Counted from the first letter of the stretch, positions 7,522 to 15,419 are shown. The stretch: DNA of 60,200 nucleotides from a virus (IMGVR_UViG_3300044701_002545:1-60200), one strand, 5' to 3'. Translations and numbers: made by a program. Notes: generated from the letters alone by a model not told the origin.

Positions 7522-7533
7522 TTAAACCTCACC

Positions 7534-7569
7534 AGCACGCTCAGATTGACCTCTAAGCGTGCTATTTTT
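7534..7569 (+). terminator. Hairpin plus T-run (possible terminator; TTGACC in loop)
   Basis: AGCACGCT...AGCGTGCT followed by ATTTTT. Confidence 0.5.
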
Positions 7570-7597
7570 GTCTTTACCTATCAAACCACTGAGAACA

Positions 7598-7798
7598 ATG
7601 AATTACATCCAAATCCCTGATTATGCCTTTGATGATGTTATTCGCCTTCTTGAGGAAGGTGTTAATGTCGCCAAGAATGTTGATTTTAGTTCTAATCCTG
7701 AAGCTGAGAGAAGTCCATCCTTTGCAAATGGTTACAATCGTGCTACAATGCAAGGTGTGATTGATAAACTGAACTACTACAAACAGAAAGATAACTGA
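7598..7798 (+). CDS. Hypothetical protein
   Basis: MNYIQIPDYAFDDVIRLL...; ATG at 7598 preferred. Confidence 0.65.
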   Translation: MNYIQIPDYAFDDVIRLLEEGVNVAKNVDFSSNPEAERSPSFANGYNRATMQGVIDKLNYYKQKDN

Positions 7799-7799
7799 T

Positions 7800-7830
7800 A
7801 CTGGGCCCTGCAAAGTGTCCTAATACTACA
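7800..7830 (+). repeat. 28-bp element, copy 4
   Basis: ACTGGGCCCTGCAAAGTGTCCTAATACT|ACA(TG); 1 nt after the stop. Confidence 0.92.
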
Positions 7831-9080
7831 TGATGATTCCAATGCAAATCCAACTCCGTCCGCATCAAGAACGTGGTGTTGCTGCTATGCAACAACATGC
7901 TAAAGGTCAGATCATTGTTCCTACTGGCGGCGGTAAGACTCTCAAGATGATCTATGATGCTCTGCGTGAGTTGCAGTCTGAAACTCCCCAGACTATTGTA
8001 GTTGTTGCTCCTCGCATTCTGCTTGCTGAGCAGCTGTCTTCTGAGTTTCTGGAGTTCATCACTAACGCTGAAGTTCTGCACGTTCACAGTGGCGAAACTC
8101 ACCACGTTAGCACTACCAAACCTGATGACATTGCTGTTCACGCTGGTATGTGTGCTGCTGCTAATCGTCACCAACTGATCTTCACCACCTACAACTCTCT
8201 TTCGCGTCTGCAAGTGGCAGGAATTGATGTGGATACGATCTACTTTGATGAGGCACATAACAGTGTTCAGCGTCACTTTTTCCCTGCAACTGAGCACTTT
8301 GCTGCTAATGCACGTCGCTGCTATTTCTTCACTGCAACTCCCAAGCATTCTCTGGCAGTTGGCAAACCTGGGATGAATGATGCTGCTGTGTATGGTCAAG
8401 TCATCTGCAAAGTTCCTGCTCCTGAACTTGTCGAAGGCGGCTACATTGTGCCTCCTAAAGTGATTGTCAAGCAACTGGAGATGGTGAAGGGTAAGCAGAC
8501 CAACTTCGACCGCGATTCTGAGAATCTGCTGGAAACGATTGATGACAACAAGGTTGGCAAGATTCTGATTTGTGCTAAGGCAACCAAGCAAATCGTATCG
8601 CTGGTGACTGAAACTGATTTCTGTTTCCAACTGGAATGTCGCGGTTATTCCTGGATGTATATTACTGCTAAGACTGGTGCAGTTATTGACGGCAAGAAAG
8701 TCAATCGTGAGGTGTTCTTTGACACTCTGAGCGCATGGGGTAAGGATAACGATAAGAAGTTCGTTGTGCTTCACCACAGCATCCTAGCTGAAGGTATCAA
8801 CGTCAGCGGTCTGGAAGCAGTGCTGTTCCTGCGTAACATGGACTTCATTGGTATCAGTCAGACCATCGGCCGTTGCATCCGTCTGCATCACGATGATGCC
8901 AAAGGTATGCGCGATGGACGTATCCAACCTGGCAACCTGAGTCAGTATAGCAAATCGTTCGGTCTTGTGTGTATCCCTGTGTACTCTAAGGTTGGTATCA
9001 GCACCGCTCGCAGTGTGCAGGCAGTTGTTGATACTATCTTCCAGAAGGGAGAACCTGCCATCAGTGTGGTGAGGCGGTGA
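7830..9080 (+). CDS. Superfamily 2 DEAH-box helicase (ResIII-like)
   Basis: LRPHQ Q-motif, PTGGGKT Walker A, DEAH, TAT, QTIGRCIR motif VI. Confidence 0.92.
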   Translation: MMIPMQIQLRPHQERGVAAMQQHAKGQIIVPTGGGKTLKMIYDALRELQSETPQTIVVVAPRILLAEQLSSEFLEFITNAEVLHVHSGETHHVSTTKPDDIAVHAGMCAAANRHQLIFTTYNSLSRLQVAGIDVDTIYFDEAHNSVQRHFFPATEHFAANARRCYFFTATPKHSLAVGKPGMNDAAVYGQVICKVPAPELVEGGYIVPPKVIVKQLEMVKGKQTNFDRDSENLLETIDDNKVGKILICAKATKQIVSLVTETDFCFQLECRGYSWMYITAKTGAVIDGKKVNREVFFDTLSAWGKDNDKKFVVLHHSILAEGINVSGLEAVLFLRNMDFIGISQTIGRCIRLHHDDAKGMRDGRIQPGNLSQYSKSFGLVCIPVYSKVGISTARSVQAVVDTIFQKGEPAISVVRR

Positions 9081-9193
9081 GTCTCACCCAAGACTCAAGT
9101 GGCCACCTAGCCCGAAACCTTGATTTTTCTGCAATTTCACTGCAACCGACCTAGAACCCATCCACCGCAACAAAAACACCGATTTTTCTCAAA

Positions 9194-9724
9194 ATGAACT
9201 CCAAGAACTGGAAAGCCTACTGTCAAACTACATTCAACTCTCTGGGTGCTAATGTAGTGAATTGGGGCAACCCTGATTTCTTCCGACCCATCACACGATT
9301 GTACTACATTGGTGTGTTTGATTGTGGTCAGGTTAATCACCTTGGTCTGATAAGTGAGCAAGCAAAGGATAATCCTAGCGAGCGAACTCATGATCACTGT
9401 TTGTCTCCACAATTCATCGGCCGAATGATCATGGACAATCCCGACAAATACCTGTCTGATTATGATGTATTTGAGAATCTGTTCTGGTTGTCTTGCTCCA
9501 CGATTACAGTCACAAAGGATGAGAACAAGCGGCTGAGTATGTTGACTGAGAATGACGGAATTGACTATAAAGTTCACGTTCCAACTAACCTTAAGTATCA
9601 ACATCTTGACATCGAACTGTATCAGAAGACTGGTGCAAGATGGGAAAATGCTGTAGAATACGACGATAACATTATTCCAGCGCCTACAGATTTGCTGGAA
9701 TATGAGAAGAGGTTTCTGGTATGA
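9194..9724 (+). CDS. Hypothetical protein, possible His-Me-finger-like nuclease
   Basis: 176 aa; THDHCLSP...TVTKDEN pattern (function speculative). Confidence 0.6.
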   Translation: MNSKNWKAYCQTTFNSLGANVVNWGNPDFFRPITRLYYIGVFDCGQVNHLGLISEQAKDNPSERTHDHCLSPQFIGRMIMDNPDKYLSDYDVFENLFWLSCSTITVTKDENKRLSMLTENDGIDYKVHVPTNLKYQHLDIELYQKTGARWENAVEYDDNIIPAPTDLLEYEKRFLV

Positions 9725-9897
9725 AAGAGGGATTTATTATCGGCAAAGGTAACTATGCAGCCGTGCCCTATGGTAATCAACTGATGGTTATACATAACGG
9801 TCAACAGTTGAAGGTGTGTAGGACTGAAAGCTCTGCACGAAAGTTCATTGATGACCACAAGAAGGGTAAGAGTGTAGCAAAGTTGCCCGTTGATTGA
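9721..9897 (+). CDS. Small hypothetical protein, 58 aa (MKEGFIIGKGNYAAVPYGNQ...)
   Basis: Hand-read ORF with ATGA overlap. Confidence 0.65.
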   Translation: MKEGFIIGKGNYAAVPYGNQLMVIHNGQQLKVCRTESSARKFIDDHKKGKSVAKLPVD

Positions 9898-9898
9898 A

Positions 9899-9929
9899 AC
9901 TGGGCCCTTGAAAGTGTATTAGTAGTGTC
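9899..9929 (+). repeat. 28-bp element, copy 5
   Basis: ACTGGGCCCTTGAAAGTGTATTAGTAGT|GTC; 1 nt after the stop. Confidence 0.95.
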
Positions 9930-9959
9930 AGGAGCACCCTGCTCCACAATCAATACCAA

Positions 9960-10250
9960 ATGCAAGACAAAATCGCACAGGTTAAGACTTTCGTGAATGA
10001 GAATGTTTCCAATGAACTTCTCAAGAATGTCGGTCTCTCTACTGCTATTCTGTTTGTCGTGATTGTTGCTCAACTTCTTATTCATGAGGTTGTTGCAGTT
10101 GTTGATGCAATCCCAGTGTTCAATGGTGTTATGGAACTCGTTGGACTTTTTGCTTTCATTAACTTCACCCGCAACAATCTAATCACTGCAGAACAGCGTA
10201 ACGCACTGGTTGATAAAGTCAAGAGCACTTACAATCAAGTCGTTGAGTGA
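9960..10250 (+). CDS. CAAD-domain / CurT (CURT1)-like membrane protein
   Basis: TM1-VVAVVDAIPVFNGVMELVGL-TM2-F.R.NL...EQR..L..K matches the CAAD/CURT1 pattern (IP....ELVG...R). Confidence 0.75.
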   Translation: MQDKIAQVKTFVNENVSNELLKNVGLSTAILFVVIVAQLLIHEVVAVVDAIPVFNGVMELVGLFAFINFTRNNLITAEQRNALVDKVKSTYNQVVE

Positions 10251-10270
10251 GGGGTTTATCCCCTTTTTTT
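10250..10270 (+). terminator. Rho-independent terminator
   Basis: AGGGG-TTTAT-CCCCT-TTTTTT. Confidence 0.75.
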
Positions 10271-10281
10271 ATGTCTAAGTA

Positions 10282-10312
10282 ACTGGGCCCTTGAAAGTGT
10301 CCCTATAGTATG
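10282..10312 (+). repeat. 28-bp element, copy 6
   Basis: ACTGGGCCCTTGAAAGTGTCCCTATAGT|ATG; follows the terminator. Confidence 0.95.
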
Positions 10313-11233
10313 AGCATCAAGCAAATGACGAAAAATCTACATTTGGAGCATCCTGAAGATGAGATCCTGACTGGCAATCTGTCAGTTCTCGATTGGTTCT
10401 CTGAGGTAGATTCTACTATCAGTGTCAAAATGGATGGAAGCCCTGCTATTGTGTGGGGTACAAATCCGCAGAATGGTAAGTTCTTTGTCTGCACCAAAGC
10501 AGCATTTAACAAGAAGAAAATCCGCCTTTGCTATAATCAAGATGACATCTTCACTCATTTTGGCCATCAACCTGGTGTAGCACAGATTCTCATTTTCTGT
10601 CTTGATTTTCTGCCTCGCACTCAACAAGTGCTGCAAGGTGACTTTATTGGTTTTGGAAGTGGTCTTGATACATTCAAACCGCAACTGATTACTTACAAGT
10701 TTCCTGCTCCAGTTCGTCAGGACATTATCATCGCTCCGCATACAATCTACAGCGGTGCTGATGACATTCGTGAGATGACTGCTGCTCCTTTGATGAACAA
10801 ACTGATCAGCACTAAAAATTGTCTGTTCGTTCAGCCTTCTGTGGAACTGAACCCTTATCGTGAAGATTTGGAGGATGTGTGTAAGTTTGCCAAGCAAATG
10901 AGCACTCTATGTGAGTTTGTGTCTGATCGCAAGGCATCACAAATCAAAAAAGAGATCAATGCCTGCATCCGTGAGCAAAAGGTCGTGGATGAGAATGAAA
11001 TTGCAGAGAAATGTGATTGTGATGTGAATGTCCTACGGCTTTGGAAGTTGGTGAAGTCTATCAAGGATGATTTGTTCCTGTTCATTCACGAAATGGATCA
11101 GATTGAATGTTCTATCAATGGTGAGGATAGTTTCCACGAAGGTTATGTTATCAGCAACAAGTATGGGACACATAAAGTAGTGGACCGTGAAACATTCTCT
11201 TATGCAAACTTTGTGACTCCCAAGAGCTGGTAA
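10310..11233 (+). CDS. Ligase-fold (covalent nucleotidyltransferase-like) protein of unknown substrate
   Basis: HLEHPED, KMDG (motif I KxDG), QGD, EGYV (motif IV), KVVDR (motif V). Start is 10310 or 10325. Confidence 0.7.
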   Translation: MSIKQMTKNLHLEHPEDEILTGNLSVLDWFSEVDSTISVKMDGSPAIVWGTNPQNGKFFVCTKAAFNKKKIRLCYNQDDIFTHFGHQPGVAQILIFCLDFLPRTQQVLQGDFIGFGSGLDTFKPQLITYKFPAPVRQDIIIAPHTIYSGADDIREMTAAPLMNKLISTKNCLFVQPSVELNPYREDLEDVCKFAKQMSTLCEFVSDRKASQIKKEINACIREQKVVDENEIAEKCDCDVNVLRLWKLVKSIKDDLFLFIHEMDQIECSINGEDSFHEGYVISNKYGTHKVVDRETFSYANFVTPKSW

Positions 11234-11263
11234 CTGGGCCCTTTAAAGTGTACCAGTAGTATG
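11233..11263 (+). repeat. 28-bp element, copy 7
   Basis: ACTGGGCCCTTTAAAGTGTACCAGTAGT|ATG; overlaps the last base of TAA. Confidence 0.95.
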
Positions 11264-11341
11264 AGAACCACACATCGCTTCCAAACTTTCAAAGAAGCAC
11301 TCAGCTTTCTGATGAATCAATTTATTCGTTTAGAAGAATGA
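11261..11341 (+). CDS. Putative 26-aa peptide starting at the element ATG
   Basis: MRTTHRFQTFKEALSFLMNQFIRLEE*; ATGA-coupled to 11338. Confidence 0.45.
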   Translation: MRTTHRFQTFKEALSFLMNQFIRLEE

Positions 11342-11571
11342 CTGACAACAACACGGACCACATTGAAAAGTATGTGCAACGAATCTCTGAACTTCGTGAA
11401 AGTTTAATTAACAAATACGAATATGATTACCATGAGGAGGATGATTATGATCCAGAATATGAAAAGAGGCGTATTCATTCGTTGAGTGATGATGAACTAA
11501 TCTACGAGTTCATGGAAGTTTATCAACTTGATGATGAATCTGAAATCGAAAAAAATATTGGTTTTTATTGA
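11338..11571 (+). CDS. Acidic hypothetical protein
   Basis: 77 aa, D/E/Y-rich. Confidence 0.65.
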   Translation: MTDNNTDHIEKYVQRISELRESLINKYEYDYHEEDDYDPEYEKRRIHSLSDDELIYEFMEVYQLDDESEIEKNIGFY

Positions 11572-11574
11572 CAA

Positions 11575-11829
11575 ATGACTTACTCTAACCTCTCAAAGAT
11601 CCGTCCTAAACTGAGAACAACTGGTCGTGTGTCTGGTAACTTCGGACGCAACAAAGTATCAGCAGGTTCATCACTCAATGACATCGGTGGTGATGGTAAC
11701 ATAGGTGCCACACAAGATGATTATTTGAATCGCCTGTATTATGCTTTTGATAGCACTACCGATCCTAAACTTCAACGCTTCATTTATTCCGAAATTCGTA
11801 AGATTCACATTCAGAGAGGTACTTGGTAG
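11575..11829 (+). CDS. Hypothetical protein
   Basis: 84-aa ORF (SNLSKIRPKLRTTGRVSGNFG). Confidence 0.7.
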   Translation: MTYSNLSKIRPKLRTTGRVSGNFGRNKVSAGSSLNDIGGDGNIGATQDDYLNRLYYAFDSTTDPKLQRFIYSEIRKIHIQRGTW

Positions 11830-11831
11830 TG

Positions 11832-12152
11832 ATGCTACATGACATCGAAGTTCGCCCTGGTCCGAATAGTGGTTACTTTCAATACTACACAGAAACTGTA
11901 GAAGCTGCAACATCACAAGATGCAGTTGCTAGAGTACAACGTGCAAACCCTGGATGTAGTGTAAGGTGCTGTCGTTCCTATAACAAATCGAGTGGCAATT
12001 CATCATCATCAGATTCTGGAGATGTTGGTGGTTATTTGATACTTGGTGCAATTCTGTTTGGTATCTGGTTGCTGGTAGAATACTGGTGGATTGTTGTTCC
12101 TGTTGCTGTAATTCTTGGACTTCTTGTATGGTATGGATGGAACAGTGATTGA
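11832..12152 (+). CDS. Membrane-anchored hypothetical protein
   Basis: Soluble N-domain, Ser linker, two C-terminal hydrophobic helices. Confidence 0.7.
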   Translation: MLHDIEVRPGPNSGYFQYYTETVEAATSQDAVARVQRANPGCSVRCCRSYNKSSGNSSSSDSGDVGGYLILGAILFGIWLLVEYWWIVVPVAVILGLLVWYGWNSD

Positions 12153-12153
12153 A

Positions 12154-12184
12154 ACTGGGCCCTTGAAAGTGTACCAGTAGTATG
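12154..12184 (+). repeat. 28-bp element, copy 8
   Basis: ACTGGGCCCTTGAAAGTGTACCAGTAGT|ATG; 1 nt after the stop. Confidence 0.95.
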
Positions 12185-12403
12185 AACAACAACATCGTTT
12201 CCGAAATCTACTCCTACCACACCAACTGGAAGGAAGGTAAAGTCAACCAAATGTGGATTCAGCAAGTGAACGACAAGTTCATTGCTATTGCATACAATCC
12301 CGAAAAGAATGTGTCGATGCCTATGTCCAAACCCCGCACATCTTACCGTGAAACTCTAGAATGGGTTCGCGGTTGGTGTGGAACTTTCTGTCCTCTTTAC
12401 TGA
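12182..12403 (+). CDS. Hypothetical protein
   Basis: 73-aa ORF starting at the element ATG. Confidence 0.7.
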   Translation: MNNNIVSEIYSYHTNWKEGKVNQMWIQQVNDKFIAIAYNPEKNVSMPMSKPRTSYRETLEWVRGWCGTFCPLY

Positions 12404-12413
12404 TTAAAGTATT

Positions 12414-12620
12414 ATGAGCATCACTTTTACTAACGATCAAAAACAGTATCTTATTTCAGAACTTCAATCTAAAATTAAAGAAATTATAGATCAAAAGATT
12501 GAAATTGTAGAGCAATTTGATGATGATGGTGAATGTTATGAAGATGATTTCTATATTGGTAGTTCTTTTGATCTCGAACTTCAACTAAATTGTGCTCTGG
12601 TCGAAACCATTCTAAAGTGA
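12414..12620 (+). CDS. Acidic hypothetical protein
   Basis: 68-aa ORF. Confidence 0.6.
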   Translation: MSITFTNDQKQYLISELQSKIKEIIDQKIEIVEQFDDDGECYEDDFYIGSSFDLELQLNCALVETILK

Positions 12621-12631
12621 GGTATTGAAGT

Positions 12632-12775
12632 ATGAAATACGAAGTCAAATTGTATCAAGGCGGCAAAACTTTCATTGAGGAAGTGTATGCTCCTGACCCC
12701 AAATCTGCAAGAGAAACTGCACTCATTCGCAACCCATCTTGTAAAGTTGTTGGCGTCAATGTCAGCTTCAAATAA
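12632..12775 (+). CDS. Small hypothetical protein, 47 aa (MKYEVKLYQGGKTFIEEVYA...)
   Basis: Hand-read ORF with GAGGT Shine-Dalgarno upstream. Confidence 0.7.
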   Translation: MKYEVKLYQGGKTFIEEVYAPDPKSARETALIRNPSCKVVGVNVSFK

Positions 12776-12779
12776 AGTT

Positions 12780-12810
12780 ACTGGGCCCTTTAAACTGTAT
12801 CAGTAGTATG
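12780..12810 (+). repeat. 28-bp element, copy 9
   Basis: ACTGGGCCCTTTAAACTGTATCAGTAGT|ATG. Confidence 0.93.
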
Positions 12811-12996
12811 ACAAGCAACAATCCCGATAAAATGTTCATTCTCAACGATGCTGCAAAGAATGATCCTGCAGTGCAAATGGCAATTCAATCTTATATGAAA
12901 CGCTTGCAGAAAGAAGAAGAGTATCGCGCACAAGTTCGTGCTGGATTGATTAAACCTCAACCCACAACTGTTTGGAACATTTCTGACCGCGATTGA
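12808..12996 (+). CDS. Hypothetical protein
   Basis: 62-aa ORF starting at the element ATG. Confidence 0.65.
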   Translation: MTSNNPDKMFILNDAAKNDPAVQMAIQSYMKRLQKEEEYRAQVRAGLIKPQPTTVWNISDRD

Positions 12997-13148
12997 TGGC
13001 ACGTTCATTAACATTCAAGAACCCATCAAAAGTGAAAACAATTCTTCTCATTTTTGCTGTTGCGATGATACTCTCGCCAGGAGTTCGTAACATCACATCG
13101 AACACATTGCACACTGTTGCCGACATTATTGCACCCAGCAGTAACTGA
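12996..13148 (+). CDS. Small membrane protein, 50 aa
   Basis: Hand-read; TGATG coupling; ILLIFAVAMILSP hydrophobic core. Confidence 0.6.
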   Translation: MARSLTFKNPSKVKTILLIFAVAMILSPGVRNITSNTLHTVADIIAPSSN

Positions 13149-13149
13149 A

Positions 13150-13180
13150 ACTGGGCCCTTGAAAGTGTACCAATAGTATG
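13150..13180 (+). repeat. 28-bp element, copy 10
   Basis: ACTGGGCCCTTGAAAGTGTACCAATAGT|ATG. Confidence 0.95.
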
Positions 13181-13465
13181 AACATCAACGACCTCTTCGA
13201 AAGCAAGAAACTCTCTGAGCAACTTGCACTGGAAAACTATCAACAACGTAATGGTGTTGTTGATTATCGCTTGCCTGGAGTTTGCAATCACTACTTCCCA
13301 ACCTGGGATCTTCAAGGTAACAAAACCAGAGAAGTTTGCCTGACCTGTAAAGTTAGCAAGACTGTAAAAGGACAGCTGCGTTATACTTTCCAGATCAACG
13401 GTAAGCGTATTGCAGAGAAGCAAATCCCTGCCGAGTTTAATGCTCTCGGAGTCTTCACTCACTGA
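13178..13465 (+). CDS. Hypothetical protein filling a single-gene cassette
   Basis: 95 aa; its only Met is the element ATG; stop is 1 nt before the next copy. Confidence 0.7.
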   Translation: MNINDLFESKKLSEQLALENYQQRNGVVDYRLPGVCNHYFPTWDLQGNKTREVCLTCKVSKTVKGQLRYTFQINGKRIAEKQIPAEFNALGVFTH

Positions 13466-13466
13466 A

Positions 13467-13497
13467 ACTGGGCCCTTTAAAGTGTACCAGTAGTATC
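13467..13497 (+). repeat. 28-bp element, copy 11
   Basis: ACTGGGCCCTTTAAAGTGTACCAGTAGT|ATC. Confidence 0.95.
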
Positions 13498-13516
13498 ACC
13501 ACTGAACTTTCCCACA

Positions 13517-13828
13517 ATGCGTAAAATCGAATCACAAATGAATCAAGCCATCAGCACCGAGACTGATTGGAAAAAGGACAATACTCAAGTTGTTAACATT
13601 GAAGGTGTATCTTTCGTCTATCTGTATAACAACCTGATTGCAATGGTAGGTGATACCTGGCTCGAATTGTTTGATGGGGGATGGAAGACTAATACCACCA
13701 AAGCTAGACTGAACTCAATCCTTCAAGAACATGGATCTGGTGAGCGAGTCTACCAGAAAAACTTTGAGTGGTTCATCTCTACTAAAGATGGCGAAGTTCC
13801 CTTTGGTAATGGTATCAAACTAGATTGA
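13517..13828 (+). CDS. Phage hypothetical protein (MRKIE...DGGWKTNTTKARLN)
   Basis: 103-aa ORF after element copy 11. Confidence 0.8.
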   Translation: MRKIESQMNQAISTETDWKKDNTQVVNIEGVSFVYLYNNLIAMVGDTWLELFDGGWKTNTTKARLNSILQEHGSGERVYQKNFEWFISTKDGEVPFGNGIKLD

Positions 13829-14318
13829 TCTTTTCTAGAATCTTATAACCTTTGTGATGATTTACCTTTGTTAATGTCTTATGAAGATTTGACCTATTCA
13901 AGTCATTTTCTTCACACCATTTAGCAAGGTTCTTTATCACGAAGGTTTTGTTAGTTTCTATGTGTAAAATCTTCCATTCTGCTGCCTTATTTCTACCTAT
14001 GCTGTCTCTTGAAAGTTCACAGTTTTGTTTGTGACTTACCCACTCTAAATTATCTAAATTGTTGTTTTTTGGATTGTTATCTTTGTGATGAACATCTGAT
14101 AGATTGTGTGGATTAGGCAAATAAGTTTCTGCTACTAATCTATGCACAGATTTCTTTCTTTGATTATACAATCCCACTTGTATTCTCACTCTAGCATAAC
14201 CTCTCTCATCTATACTTTCTTTTAGTTTGCGAGGTGATTTGTAGTTCTTTCCTGTACTATAAATGCCACCATCTTTGTCAACTAAAATGTTACTATAGAG
14301 TGGATGTTGTTTCATCAT
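13815..14318 (-). CDS. Free-standing HNH homing endonuclease (NUMOD4/I-HmuI-like)
   Basis: GY.RV...VHRLVAETYLPNP...VHHKDNNPKNNNLDNLEWVSHKQN; upstream TGCTATAATAAATA on the minus strand. Confidence 0.88.
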   Translation of the reverse strand: MMKQHPLYSNILVDKDGGIYSTGKNYKSPRKLKESIDERGYARVRIQVGLYNQRKKSVHRLVAETYLPNPHNLSDVHHKDNNPKNNNLDNLEWVSHKQNCELSRDSIGRNKAAEWKILHIETNKTFVIKNLAKWCEENDLNRSNLHKTLTKVNHHKGYKILEKINLV

Positions 14319-14373
14319 TAAGCACCTAACTTTGTAGTATTTATTATAGCACACTCACATTTGATGAATAACA

Positions 14374-14404
14374 ACTGGGCCCTTGAAAGTGTCCCTATAG
14401 TATG
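14374..14404 (+). repeat. 28-bp element, copy 12
   Basis: ACTGGGCCCTTGAAAGTGTCCCTATAGT|ATG (identical to copy 6). Confidence 0.95.
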
Positions 14405-14581
14405 AGCAACCAACTTTCCCAAATCTGCCTCGACAAAGCACAACAAATCGCAAACGAAATCAACGGTGATTTGTATTATGTTCCCCAGGAAGATATTGAT
14501 CAACTGTTATCTCAACTGACTGAAGACAATGTAGATCAAATTGCTGAAGAACTTGCTGAATTAGCATATCAATTCAACTGA
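14402..14581 (+). CDS. Small acidic protein, 59 aa (MSNQLSQICLDKAQQ...)
   Basis: Hand-read; its only Met is the element ATG. Confidence 0.65.
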   Translation: MSNQLSQICLDKAQQIANEINGDLYYVPQEDIDQLLSQLTEDNVDQIAEELAELAYQFN

Positions 14582-14586
14582 GTTAA

Positions 14587-14760
14587 ATGATGACTGATAC
14601 CGACAAAGTATTTGCTCTAACTGAACTTCTGGGTGATGTAATTCACACTCTTGAAATGAAACAGTATGACATCGAAGATGCTACTCTGTCTTATGAATGT
14701 GTGACTGATGCTGATAAGTTTCACCAAAAGATGATCGACATTCTTCATTCTCAAGACTGA
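14587..14760 (+). CDS. Small acidic protein, 57 aa
   Basis: Hand-read ORF MMTDTDKVFALTELLG... Confidence 0.6.
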   Translation: MMTDTDKVFALTELLGDVIHTLEMKQYDIEDATLSYECVTDADKFHQKMIDILHSQD

Positions 14761-14767
14761 ATCCTAA

Positions 14768-14905
14768 ATGACATTCACAATCCGTTATTTCACTCCTTAT
14801 CAACAACAATGGAGGACACAAAGTTTCTCTACATTAGAGGAAGCAAATCGTATGGTTGAGTTCTATCGCTCTTGTGGATCTCCTGCTGAATTAATCAACA
14901 ACTGA
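14768..14905 (+). CDS. Small hypothetical protein, 45 aa (MTFTIRYFTPYQQQWRTQSF...)
   Basis: Hand-read ORF. Confidence 0.65.
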   Translation: MTFTIRYFTPYQQQWRTQSFSTLEEANRMVEFYRSCGSPAELINN

Positions 14906-14912
14906 ACCTTAA

Positions 14913-15140
14913 ATGATTACTCTTACCACTGTTAATCTGCCGTTCATTATTAACAAGGAAAAGACCAAAGATGAAAGCGATGAAGGTATGTTTGCTCTTT
15001 ACTTTTACAGTCGAAAGATTATACACAACAACAAACTAAGGTATAAGTTTGAACCCCTAAGATTCGATGGTAAGCAAGCAAGATTCAAGACAAGAAAGGA
15101 TGCAAAACGTTATGCACAGTACAGATTAGGCATTGATTGA
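14913..15140 (+). CDS. Basic hypothetical protein
   Basis: 75-aa ORF before the terminator. Confidence 0.6.
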   Translation: MITLTTVNLPFIINKEKTKDESDEGMFALYFYSRKIIHNNKLRYKFEPLRFDGKQARFKTRKDAKRYAQYRLGID

Positions 15141-15151
15141 TTATACTGTAG

Positions 15152-15178
15152 AGACCCCACTCTTAGGGGTCTTTTTTT
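15152..15178 (+). terminator. Rho-independent terminator
   Basis: AGACCCC-ACTCTTA-GGGGTCT-TTTTTT. Confidence 0.8.
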
Positions 15179-15390
15179 ATGCTTCGCTACGCTCTGTCTT
15201 CGACTTTTATGGCAAAATAAGGTAAAAAAACAATAAAAAGGTTTTAAAAAGCCTTTTTTAATTATAGCTGAGCGATTGTTATGTGTGATACTTATTGTTA
15301 TTGAAAGGTGATAATGATAAGAATTCGTATCATTTAAGACCTGATACTTATGTCCTTTAAATCCTTCTGGGGGTCGTTATCTTACGTAGC

Positions 15391-15419
15391 AAGCTATCAC
15401 ACTCCCCCACAAATGTCAA
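15391..15419 (-). promoter_or_regulatory. Leftward sigma70-like promoter pointing into non-coding DNA
   Basis: Minus strand TTGACA-N17-TAGCTT with TGn extension. Confidence 0.55.

Noticed and set aside
7743-8777. 344-aa minus-strand ORF and other long antisense ORFs (e.g. 6954..7538, 10382..10897, 12950..13462)
   Set aside because: Shadow frames of plus-strand genes with no motifs. The recurring GTLSRAQF peptide is just the reverse-translated 28-bp element.
7830-9080. Calling the helicase uvsW
   Set aside because: It lacks a recognisable UvsW N-terminal domain and the usual genomic context; left as a generic SF2 helicase.
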